This document shows positions 25,954-34,793 of a DNA stretch of 64,000 nucleotides, piece after piece. This stretch comes from Candidatus Bathyarchaeota archaeon. GTDB taxonomy: Archaea; Thermoproteota; Bathyarchaeia; Bathyarchaeales; Bathycorpusculaceae. Each line of letters opens with the position of its first letter. The stretch's first letter is position 1. The DNA lies in assembly GCA_018396705.1 (NCBI GenBank), contig JAGTQZ010000003.1, positions 168,711 to 232,710 on the forward strand, in the 5' to 3' direction. A program made the position numbers and the translations under genes. The notes under the pieces were generated by a model. That model was not told the origin of the DNA. It saw only the letters and a program-made list of their open reading frames with translations, and did not search any database.

Positions 25954-28263
25954 ATGAAAAATGTTGGCAAAGTATGGCTTATAATGTTGCTTATGCTTGT
26001 TTCCGCATCATTTTACGCCCTTAAAACGCCAAATGTGGAAGCGGCTGGAACCATTTATATTCGAGCCGATGGATCCATTGACCCACCAACCGCGAACATA
26101 ACTCGAGACGAGTTTAATATGACTTACACTTTTACCGGCAACAATTACGACACCATAGTCATAGAGCGGAGCAACATAATACTTAACGGAGCGGGGTTCA
26201 CGCTTAAAGTGGCAAGTGCTGATGGAATAAGCTTTCAGTATCAAAGCAACATAACAATAGAGAATTTGAACGTGGACGCTGGACCAAACTCATTTGGCAT
26301 ATACGCCTACTATTCCAATAACATAACCATATTTGGCTGCAGGGTTTACTCTTCAAGCACCGGCATAAGCATCTACTACACTTCATACTGCAAAATATAC
26401 GGAAACACCATTGAAGGCAACGGCATAGGCATAAGCATAACAGGCTCAGAGGTTGAGAGCGCCGGACACCACAATTTGATATACAACAACACCGTAGCCT
26501 CCAACAGCAATCATGGAATATACTTGCTCGGCTACAGCAACAGCGTTTACAGAAACAACGTAACTGGAAACAACCGCGGAATCAGTATTGGAGGCAACTT
26601 TAACAACGTTTACGAAAACATTATCACGCGAAACAAATACCCCGACGGGGAAGGTATCTCCATCCATTCACAGGGTGGAGGCTGTAATGTGTCTTATAAT
26701 TATGTCGCAGAAAACACCTGGGGCATTATACTGGGAGCTGGTCATGGCGACTATACGCCTAACACTTTGAAAGGCAATGTTATGGTGAACAACAGCCGCA
26801 TAAACTTCGGACTCGAAGGCTATCGGGCTGAGATGCCGCACTTATACAATGATGTAGACACTTCAAACACCGTTAATGGCAAACCAATCTACTATTGGAT
26901 TAGTAAAGAAAATGATGCACTTCCATTAGACGCCGGGTTTGTAGCCCTAATTAACTGCAAAAACATAACAGTAGCAAACCTGAACATAGAAAAAAACCTA
27001 GAGGGCATCATACTCGCCTACTCCAACAACTGCACAATTTATGGAAATAACCTTACCGACAACGGATATTCCTCATATTACTACGGTAACATCGCACTTT
27101 ACCGCTCATCAAACAACAGCATATACAACAACAATGTGGCAACAAGCAACTGGAATGGGCATGGAATAGTACTTGATCACGGTTCTTCACACAATACAGT
27201 TTCAAAAAACAACATCACGAAGACTAGTGTCGGAGTTTACCTGCCAAGTGATAGCCATCATAATAACATATCCAGCAACTTTCTTAAAAACAACGGTAAC
27301 CGAGGAATCAGCTTAGAATACTCATCAAACAATAAGGTGCATAACAACGACATATTAGGTCCAGGCAAATACGGTATATACCTTGGCATGGAACACAACA
27401 TCATTTCGGAAAACAACATAACCGCTTATCAACAAGGCGTTTACGTAGTGGGTCAACGGAACACCATAGTCGGAAACAACATTATGGACAATTTGGAAAA
27501 AGGGATCTCGCTGGATGGTTCATTTAACAACTTTACCGAGAACAACATCATGAATAACAACGAAGGAGTTTATCTTTACAGCTATGGTACAAACAACTTA
27601 TTTTTCCACAATAACTTCGTGGACAACAAAAAACACGTAACCTACTACTGGTCCGGCATCGCTAACTCTTGGAATAACACCTATCCTATTGGCGGAAACT
27701 ACTGGACCGGATACGAAGACAAATACCCAAACGCAACTGAACTTAATAATTCCGGTTTATGGGATACACCATACATAATAAACACGAAAAACATTGACTA
27801 CTATCCGCTTATGGCGCCGACAAAACCCATAACGAGAAAGTTCACCGCCTACGACGATACGAAAGTGGAAGTGCGCAGCAACTCTTCCATCTCGCAGTTC
27901 CAATTCGATACAACTGCCAAATCGATAAGCTTCAACATAACCGGACCAGCGGGAACGAAAGGCTTCTGCAACATAACTGTCCCGTTAAACCTCCTCTGGG
28001 GAGACTTCACACTATATATGGACGGTGTCCAACTAGAGGAGGGTGTCAACTACATGAAGACGTGCAATGATGTCCAATGCCTTTTCCATATAACATACAC
28101 CCATAGCGCGCATGAACTTGAAATACTCGGAACAGAAGTCATCCCAGAACGCTTGAGCTTAGCCGCAGTGCTACTGTTTACAATTTTCACAGTTCTAGCT
28201 ACAATCAAAACAAGGAATGGCTTTAACAGAACCAAAGGCTTCCTTTTGCAGCTTCAAGGTTAG
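25954..28263 (+). CDS. Secreted right-handed beta-helix (PbH1/NosD-like repeat) surface glycoprotein with a C-terminal TM anchor
   Basis: Signal peptide MKNVGKVWLIMLLMLVSASFYALK, preceded by gaaggag. Dozens of ~22-aa N-rich repeats (N-x-I-x-x-N-x-I...GI.L). More than 20 N-x-S/T sequons. C-terminus IPERLSLAAVLLFTIFTVLATIKTRNG. Confidence 0.8.
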   Translation: MKNVGKVWLIMLLMLVSASFYALKTPNVEAAGTIYIRADGSIDPPTANITRDEFNMTYTFTGNNYDTIVIERSNIILNGAGFTLKVASADGISFQYQSNITIENLNVDAGPNSFGIYAYYSNNITIFGCRVYSSSTGISIYYTSYCKIYGNTIEGNGIGISITGSEVESAGHHNLIYNNTVASNSNHGIYLLGYSNSVYRNNVTGNNRGISIGGNFNNVYENIITRNKYPDGEGISIHSQGGGCNVSYNYVAENTWGIILGAGHGDYTPNTLKGNVMVNNSRINFGLEGYRAEMPHLYNDVDTSNTVNGKPIYYWISKENDALPLDAGFVALINCKNITVANLNIEKNLEGIILAYSNNCTIYGNNLTDNGYSSYYYGNIALYRSSNNSIYNNNVATSNWNGHGIVLDHGSSHNTVSKNNITKTSVGVYLPSDSHHNNISSNFLKNNGNRGISLEYSSNNKVHNNDILGPGKYGIYLGMEHNIISENNITAYQQGVYVVGQRNTIVGNNIMDNLEKGISLDGSFNNFTENNIMNNNEGVYLYSYGTNNLFFHNNFVDNKKHVTYYWSGIANSWNNTYPIGGNYWTGYEDKYPNATELNNSGLWDTPYIINTKNIDYYPLMAPTKPITRKFTAYDDTKVEVRSNSSISQFQFDTTAKSISFNITGPAGTKGFCNITVPLNLLWGDFTLYMDGVQLEEGVNYMKTCNDVQCLFHITYTHSAHELEILGTEVIPERLSLAAVLLFTIFTVLATIKTRNGFNRTKGFLLQLQG

Positions 28264-29065
28264 ACTGGTATTGGACGACGCGTGTATAACCTATATCCTA
28301 AAACAATCAAGTCGGCTATGATTGTCCATGCGGTTACTACACGCGCAGCCATCGCATTTACTTCATGAACATTTATCTGAGTTGGATCTCGCGTCAAGAA
28401 AACGGCGCAAAAGGCAAAGATTATCATTGTTGCCACAGCCACAAGGTCGATCAATTTTTCTCTTGTTTGGGTTTGCAGCGTTGCCTGCTTTGGAATCGTT
28501 TTCTTAAAGATAAAGGCAGTTACAACTAGTAAAACGGCAATCGCAATGTATGCTCCTGGATGGATTTGCGGGGCTCCGGGCATGTTTAATTGTATGCTTA
28601 TGCAGTAGAGGAAGCCCACAAAAAGCAGTAACAAGACCAAAATTGCCCTTGCCCGTTTGAGAGAAGTTTATGATCCCAGTCTCTCGGGAAAAGACGTGTC
28701 GCAACATAAAATGTTAGCACACTCTGCAAGACACCCCACCAGAAAATGTTAATGAACAAGAGGGCTGCCCAGTTTATGCCGAAGATTTGTGGGTCAATAA
28801 ACTGTGACGCGGGTACGAAAAGCGTGAAAAAGGTTCCGAAAAAGAAACAGGCAATGACAACGTTATAGTCTTTTAGGCGGTGTCTCGTAATCAAGTCTTC
28901 CAGCAGTGTAAGTATGGAAAGTAAACCATAAACAGGAAAACCGGCAGCAGTGGGCGAACAGCTAAGTTGTTTAATCCCCTCATTGAGTATTCAAAGAGGA
29001 GATTAAAACCTACAGCGGCGAGAACAATTTTTCCAGCGGTTCAATGGGTTCATCTCTTTTGCCAT
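28260..29065 (-). pseudogene. Multi-pass membrane protein gene split into at least three reading-frame segments
   Basis: MAKEMNPLNRWK (ATG at complement 29063..29065), frame change in the T5 run at 29028..29032, then IVLAAVGFNLLFEYSMRGLNNL..., frame change somewhere in 28895..28975, then ...LEDLITRHRLKDYNVVIACFFFGTFF (ORF 28598..28894). ORF 28260..28640 overlaps in a further frame. Confidence 0.5.
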
Positions 29066-29149
29066 TTAAACCTTGGGATAGCTTGCATGTCTTGTTTAAA
29101 GCTTTGAATGTCTTACGTGTGAGTGACGCTTATGATGGTTTAAAATTTT

Positions 29150-30520
29150 CTAATCCTTTAGCCCTCTATTTTTGCGCTCTTGTCTTGTCTTTTCCACCAT
29201 AAGTTCAACCTGTTGCATGGCTGTTCCAAGATAGTTCCGCGGATTTAACGCATCGTCGATCTCTTTTTCACTTAGTTTCCCCCTTACAATCTCGTTTTCC
29301 AACAAAACTTTTTTGAATGGAACTTTTTCCACTTCACTCTTTATTGTTAATTTTCTGAGCAGTTCGTGGGCTTCCTGTCGGCTTAAACCTTTTCTCGTTA
29401 GGGCTATCATGACGGCTTCTGACATGGCTCTTCCTTGGGTTAGCTCTATGTTCTGGCGCATGCGCTCCTCGTTCACGTAAATGTTTGCAATCACATTTGT
29501 CATTAGAAGGAGCATGTAATCCACGAGGATGCAGGCTTCTGGAATAATAAAGCGCTCCGCGGATGACTGGGTTAAGTCGCGTTCGTGCCATGTCACTACA
29601 TTCTCTAGAGCTGGAATTATGAGGCTCCTGACTATGCGTGATAATCCGCAAATGCGCTCACATGTCTCCGGGTTCCTCTTATGGGGCATGGTGGAGCTTC
29701 CCACTTGTTTTTCAGCCTCAAATGGTTCAGCCAGCTCACCTATTTCAGGCCGCTGGAGCTCGCGTATTTCTGTGGCGAAGTTTTCGAGGCTTACGGCAAT
29801 CAAGGCCAGTAGACATACTAGCTCGGCGTGGCGATCTCTCTGCACAATTTGCGTTGAAATGTCCGCTGGCTTTAAGCCAAGCTTTTGCATGACAAGTTCT
29901 TGGATTTTCATGGCGTGTTCGCCTAAACCTGCCTGTGTACCCACAGCACCGCTGATTTTCCCCACAAGCACTCGTTCACGGCATTGTCTAAGCCTTTGAA
30001 TGTGGCGGGATACTTCCCTCATCCAAACAGCAAACTTGAAGCCCAAAGTTATGGGTAGGGCATGCTGCCCATGGGTTCGTCCCATCATCAACGTTTCCTT
30101 ATAGCATAGGGCTTTTTCCATCAAAACTTTCTCAAAATCGTTCAGCCGCTTCTCTATGATATCCAGGGCTTCTTTCAATTGGAGGGCTGTAGCTGTATCA
30201 ACAACATCATAGCTTGTGGCGCCGAGGTGTACGTAAGCCCCGCTTGGACCGCAAGCCTCTGCCAGTGCCTTGACGAGCGCCATCACATCGTGTTTGATCT
30301 CTCGTTCAATCTCTTTTATGCGGGCAAGTTTCACATGTTCAAGCGACGCAGCAGCTACTATCCGTTCAGCGTCTTCCCGCGGTATGTTACCAACTTCAGC
30401 GTGCGCCCAAGCCAAGGCTGCCTCGACATCTAACATCTTTTGGATACGGTTTTCTTCTTCGAAAATGCGCCTTATTTCAGGCGTGCCGTAGCGCCCAGTA
30501 TCGATTGGGAGGATTGGCAA
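29150..30520 (-). CDS. purB: Adenylosuccinate lyase
   Basis: 456 aa. RYGTPEIRRIFEEE, HLGATSYDVVDTA, GKISGAVGT and the fumarate-lyase signature SSTMPHKRNP. Confidence 0.92.
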   Translation of the reverse strand: MPILPIDTGRYGTPEIRRIFEEENRIQKMLDVEAALAWAHAEVGNIPREDAERIVAAASLEHVKLARIKEIEREIKHDVMALVKALAEACGPSGAYVHLGATSYDVVDTATALQLKEALDIIEKRLNDFEKVLMEKALCYKETLMMGRTHGQHALPITLGFKFAVWMREVSRHIQRLRQCRERVLVGKISGAVGTQAGLGEHAMKIQELVMQKLGLKPADISTQIVQRDRHAELVCLLALIAVSLENFATEIRELQRPEIGELAEPFEAEKQVGSSTMPHKRNPETCERICGLSRIVRSLIIPALENVVTWHERDLTQSSAERFIIPEACILVDYMLLLMTNVIANIYVNEERMRQNIELTQGRAMSEAVMIALTRKGLSRQEAHELLRKLTIKSEVEKVPFKKVLLENEIVRGKLSEKEIDDALNPRNYLGTAMQQVELMVEKTRQERKNRGLKD

Positions 30521-30592
30521 TTTTTTCCCTCTTAGAGAGTATTACAGTTGGGGATTAATGCTTTTTCAGTTTATGAGCATATCATATAAACA

Positions 30593-32122
30593 ATGCAATC
30601 TGCTTTAAATGGCTATAACCGCTATAAATTGCTACGTGCCCAGAAAGGTTGGATGACAATGAAAGCACTTGCAGCGATTCTCAATAAAAGGGGGAAAAAT
30701 GCTGTTAACATGTTAGTTTCAATGCTTAATGTCCTGGGACGAACCGGTACAGACACCTTTTGTATAGCTACACAAGATGACATAACCTTAAACTCTTCAT
30801 TAGAGAAACTTTCAATTCAAGGGATTAAATCGTCAACAGCCTTAGGACATGTGTTCTTAAAGGTGGTGGCTGCGGACAAACCCAAACTGCTACAGTTTGG
30901 AAAATCAGCATTCGTTTTTGATGGAAGAGTATACTCTCCCGCTACGGAGAACCTTGAAACAGTTTTAGCACAGAAGTTTCAAGCTGGCAACGTCTTAACA
31001 GCGGCTGAAACATTGATCAAAGAGTTTGACGGATGCTTTGCCTTTGCCATGGTTGAAAACGGGAAACTGGTTGCCGGTAGGGATGCCTTGGGAACGTATC
31101 CCCTATACTATGGAGAAAACAGCGACTTTTTTGCGGTTGCATCAGAATGTAAAGCCCTCCGGAAGATAGGCATAACCAGAGCAAAATCATTTCCACCGGG
31201 ACATGTATTGATCACGGATAAACAAAGTTTTAAAATTAAACGAGTTAAAACTCCTTCGAACCCAGTTAAATCAATGTCGGTGGAAGAGGCTGTTGATAAA
31301 GTTCATAGGCTTTTGTTACAGTCGACGGCTGAAAGAACAGCATGCCTAGATAAAGTTGCGGTGGCATTTTCTGGAGGTCTAGACAGCAGTCTAACAGCTT
31401 TCCTAATTCAGAAAACTGGAATTGATGTGCACTTAATCCATGTAAGCCTTGAAAGCCAAATTGAAACTTCACAAGCCGAAGAGGTGGCTCGCTTGCTGGA
31501 TCTTCCATTTAACAAGTTTTTGTATAGTGTTGAAGAGGTGGAACGTGACCTTCCAAAAATCTTGTGGTGTGTTGAAATCCCAGATCCGCTTCAAGTAAGC
31601 ATAGGCATACCCGTTTTCTGGGCAGCTGAAAAAGCTGCGGAACTAGGGTTTGGAGTTTTGTTTGCTGGACAGGGAGCGGATGAACTTTTTGGGGGTTATA
31701 GGCGGTATTTGACTCTTTACACACGCTTCGGCGAAGATTTTGCTGAGAAAGCTATTATATCTGACATTTTGAAAATGTATGAGAACAATTTCGAAAGGGA
31801 CTTCAAAGTTTGCAACTACCACAACATTGAACTTCGTTTGCCCTTTGCCTCCTACCCGCTTGTCGAATTGGCCATGGGCCTACCATTAAACTTGAAAATA
31901 GTTTCCAAAAGTGACATGCTTCGAAAATTTGTACTTAGAAAGACGGCTGAAAAGCTTGGACTGCCCAAACAAATAATCTGTAAACCTAAAAAAGCAATAC
32001 AATACGCCACAGGAGTTGATAAAACCCTCAAAAAATTGGCTAAAAAACATAGTCTGTCTCTAAAACGGTATTTAGTGAAGATTTTCAAGGAAAGCTTTGG
32101 TAAAACTTTAGGAGGGGGATGA
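30593..32122 (+). CDS. Asparagine synthetase-family PP-loop ATP pyrophosphatase, second paralogue lacking the N-terminal Cys
   Basis: Likely start at M 30659 (MKALAAIL compared with the canonical MCGIAGIL). PP-loop VAFSGGLDSS. GQGADELFGGY. Confidence 0.75.
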   Translation: MQSALNGYNRYKLLRAQKGWMTMKALAAILNKRGKNAVNMLVSMLNVLGRTGTDTFCIATQDDITLNSSLEKLSIQGIKSSTALGHVFLKVVAADKPKLLQFGKSAFVFDGRVYSPATENLETVLAQKFQAGNVLTAAETLIKEFDGCFAFAMVENGKLVAGRDALGTYPLYYGENSDFFAVASECKALRKIGITRAKSFPPGHVLITDKQSFKIKRVKTPSNPVKSMSVEEAVDKVHRLLLQSTAERTACLDKVAVAFSGGLDSSLTAFLIQKTGIDVHLIHVSLESQIETSQAEEVARLLDLPFNKFLYSVEEVERDLPKILWCVEIPDPLQVSIGIPVFWAAEKAAELGFGVLFAGQGADELFGGYRRYLTLYTRFGEDFAEKAIISDILKMYENNFERDFKVCNYHNIELRLPFASYPLVELAMGLPLNLKIVSKSDMLRKFVLRKTAEKLGLPKQIICKPKKAIQYATGVDKTLKKLAKKHSLSLKRYLVKIFKESFGKTLGGG

Positions 32123-32143
32123 AAAGGGGTTTTGGCAAAAACG

Positions 32144-32353
32144 TTACTCGATTACTTGAATGGCGCTTTCAGGGCATTGAGCTTCGCATGCTCTGCAGAC
32201 AAGACACTCTTCCACTTTCACCGGGACAGATTTTCCGTCCTTTATCTCGTAGACGCCCACCGGGCATGTGTCAACGCATGTTCCACAACCCGTGCACTTG
32301 TGGTTGTCAACTACTATCTTTACCATATTCATCCTCCTTAAACTAGATCTCAT
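32144..32353 (-). CDS. 2x[4Fe-4S] ferredoxin
   Basis: CTGCGTCVDTCP and CLVCRACEAQCP in 69 aa. Confidence 0.9.
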   Translation of the reverse strand: MRSSLRRMNMVKIVVDNHKCTGCGTCVDTCPVGVYEIKDGKSVPVKVEECLVCRACEAQCPESAIQVIE

Positions 32354-32390
32354 CTAGATTTAACGAGTGGGATAAAAATCTTTAGGTGCT

Positions 32391-34139
32391 CTAGCGGATT
32401 TCTTCACGTATTCTCAATAGAATTCCATTAATTGTTGTTTCAGCTTTTTCTTTTCTACGTTGATAGTCGGCGAGAAGTTTACGGTATGCCTCTATGGATA
32501 ATTCGCCCCTTCTATGACGGGCCTCTATGCTTTGGATGTCCGCTTCAACTTCATTGACTTCGGCTTCTGCTGCTTCCAACTGATGCATTAAGTTTGCGTA
32601 TCGGCCTCCAGCGGATCGAATTTTAACTTTAAGCTCATTTAAGTTTCGATTAAGCGTTGTAAGACGTGTTTCCAAAGTCTTCCTTTTAATCTTGTACCTT
32701 CGTCTTGGAATGCGCCCCTTACTTACCGCATTTTCAAGAGACTTTATTTCAGCAAGGATTTTTCTCTTTTCTTCGTAAAAATCGACAAAAGCCTTTATTG
32801 TCTCAAGGGTTAGCTTCACAGCCACTGTTGGAACCATAACGGCCACAGCCGCTGGTGCTTTAGGCTTCCTCCAAACAGCTATGATTGCGCATACGAATGT
32901 GGCTAAAGCCCAAGTCCAAAGTGTGGGCCTGAAAGAAAGCCAAATAGGGTTATACGTGTAGGACGCAATCACTGTAAACGCATCCAATAAAAGCAAACCT
33001 TGCTTGTGCAGTATAATTTTTTCTTGAAAAATCTCCTTGACAGTTCCATAAGTCGTATCGGTTGGAGAACCTTCACAGCTTAAATCCGTTATTTTAGCTC
33101 CTTCTGGAAATGTAAGCGTTATCCATGCTTCTTTAACGTAGTATTTGATATTTTGGAACATTTGCAGTTTAAGTTCATTACCTTTTTCACACCTTGCAAC
33201 AAGGTTGTCTGAAAGTTTGTATTTTACGATAAACCTTGCAGATTCTCCTGTTTTCAAGGACAAAGCTCGACCGGCAAATGTTAACTTCACTTTATAACGG
33301 CTTGAGTTTGCATCAGTCAGTGTGGGTTTTTCCCCCTTTCTTCCAAATTCGTCTTCTACAGTTACGTCAGAGGCATTCGGCATGAGAACGACGTCTATGG
33401 ATGATATCTCTTTTGGCGATTGATTCTTAATGAGGTAACTGTCTGAAACTGTAACTTCCCCCATCGCACCTACAGAGATTTCCCGTTTAAACTCTTCCAC
33501 AGTGAAAAGTTGTATTTCTTCCGTGGTTAAAGAAAAGGTTACGTTGGCCTTTTCATAAACGAAAGGCTGCAATTCAACATCAGCCGCATAGTTGAACCCA
33601 GAAACTGTGCCAGAAACATACTGCGCGTTTGAAGGCAAAACTAGCGAAGCGTTGCAGGAAGCTGCTTTTAACGTTAAGCTTGGAAACGCTGGAAAATCTA
33701 AAGTGAAAAGATTTTTGTTCGTTGCATTTTGTATAAGGAGATTTTGTGAGAGTACAAAACAGACGCTGAAAACACCTCCTTCCGGTGGAGGGTTGAGGTT
33801 TATACTCACGCCATAAAAGCCTACTCGTTCTTCTAGCGGAACACCAGCTACAACATTATATCGTTGCATGGCGTTAGAATGTGAATAAGCCATGCACTCT
33901 AGGATATAAGCACCGTATAAGTACGGTAGGCCTATCAAAAAATTGTCTGGTGGATTACCACCCACCTTAATTGTGTCGTTTATAAGGATATAGCCGTTGT
34001 AAAGAACCTCCACTTTGTGGTTAACCCACTCTACAGTGTATTTGTTTTCCGCCTGGGATCTCTCAACATGAAAAATGTTTAATGCCAAGGTTAAAGATAG
34101 AACAACCCAAACTGTGAACATCAAAGTTTTCCTTTTCAA
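32391..34139 (-). CDS. Type I membrane glycoprotein with a ribophorin I (OST1)-like ectodomain, single TM and coiled-coil cytoplasmic tail
   Basis: Signal sequence MKRKTLMFTVWVVLSLTLALNIF. Ordered motifs FKREISVGAMGEVTVSDSYLIKN / VVLMPNASDVTVEDEFGRKGE / YKVKLTFAGRALSLKTGESARFIVKY / ITLTFPEGAKITDL / IASYTYNPIWL. TM TLWTWALATFVCAIIAVW, then ~165 aa of charged heptad-like sequence. Confidence 0.5.
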   Translation of the reverse strand: MKRKTLMFTVWVVLSLTLALNIFHVERSQAENKYTVEWVNHKVEVLYNGYILINDTIKVGGNPPDNFLIGLPYLYGAYILECMAYSHSNAMQRYNVVAGVPLEERVGFYGVSINLNPPPEGGVFSVCFVLSQNLLIQNATNKNLFTLDFPAFPSLTLKAASCNASLVLPSNAQYVSGTVSGFNYAADVELQPFVYEKANVTFSLTTEEIQLFTVEEFKREISVGAMGEVTVSDSYLIKNQSPKEISSIDVVLMPNASDVTVEDEFGRKGEKPTLTDANSSRYKVKLTFAGRALSLKTGESARFIVKYKLSDNLVARCEKGNELKLQMFQNIKYYVKEAWITLTFPEGAKITDLSCEGSPTDTTYGTVKEIFQEKIILHKQGLLLLDAFTVIASYTYNPIWLSFRPTLWTWALATFVCAIIAVWRKPKAPAAVAVMVPTVAVKLTLETIKAFVDFYEEKRKILAEIKSLENAVSKGRIPRRRYKIKRKTLETRLTTLNRNLNELKVKIRSAGGRYANLMHQLEAAEAEVNEVEADIQSIEARHRRGELSIEAYRKLLADYQRRKEKAETTINGILLRIREEIR

Positions 34140-34230
34140 CGGTTTTCCTCCGCTTGCCTTCGAGTCTGGTTTTCAAAGATATTCGAAGAACTATTTATTT
34201 TCTTTTACATTTTCCGAGGTTTTCACGCTT

Positions 34231-34713
34231 CTAGAGGGGCACTTGTGATATGAAATTTGATGCTCTTTTAAGCCTATAAATAAAGACGCTTCTAAGTTTC
34301 CCTTTAACGTCGGGTTGCTTCTCCGTTTGAACCGATTCGACATTGTACTGTCCGAGAAACATGTATTTTCCTGGAGACTTTTTCTCGAAAACAAATAATG
34401 GGAAACGTTTTTCTATCTGCATTTTTAGGACTAGGTTTCCCCTTGTCATTTGCTGATCCCCAAAGCGTCCTTCACCGGTGTACAGGAGAATTTCACCCTC
34501 AAACCTATCGTGGTATGGGTTTTCAACACGCTCCTCTGGAGTCTTAACAATAACCGTTGTGAGAACAACATGCTTAATCCCAGTTTTTAGGCTTCCGCTA
34601 TACCTTATCCCCCGTCGCGTACACACATTGAAAATTCTTGAAATTTCCCGATTGCTGAGGATATCGCCAACCTTCAACCGCATATATCCATCAATGTACA
34701 CATGTGCAGACAA
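34231..34713 (-). CDS. Standalone SRA/YDG-like (PUA-fold) domain protein, putative modified-base reader
   Basis: VGDILSNREISRIF...RRGIRYS...HVVLTT...NPYHDRFEGEILLYTGEGRFGDQQMTRGNLVLK...FPLFVFEK...GKYMFLGQYNV parallels the SRA pattern GI-x-G...sivlsGgY-DD-D-G...YTGsGG...DQ-l-x-gN-aL...pVRV-r...Y-Y-GlY-V. No nuclease domain is attached. Probable start at M11 (34683). Confidence 0.45.
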   Translation of the reverse strand: MSAHVYIDGYMRLKVGDILSNREISRIFNVCTRRGIRYSGSLKTGIKHVVLTTVIVKTPEERVENPYHDRFEGEILLYTGEGRFGDQQMTRGNLVLKMQIEKRFPLFVFEKKSPGKYMFLGQYNVESVQTEKQPDVKGKLRSVFIYRLKRASNFISQVPL

Positions 34714-34793
34714 GAATTAAAGTATCCCTAGCATAAAATAAAGCATTGAGAAACAGGAGCCCTTGAGCAGTCCTTAAAAGGAAAGGTTTCACA

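Noticed and set aside
28598-28640. Treating ORFs 28260..28640 and 28598..28894 as two independent overlapping small membrane-protein genes
   Set aside because: This is possible: the downstream ORF has its own TTG and an upstream in-frame stop. However, continuous hydrophobic coding potential across all fragments up to 29065, together with the homopolymer break, favours one disrupted gene. I kept it as a low-confidence pseudogene call.
32119-32346. Two plus-strand ORFs (75 and 69 aa) opposite the ferredoxin gene
   Set aside because: The minus-strand product has two perfect CxxCxxCxxxCP motifs. The plus-strand peptides have none.
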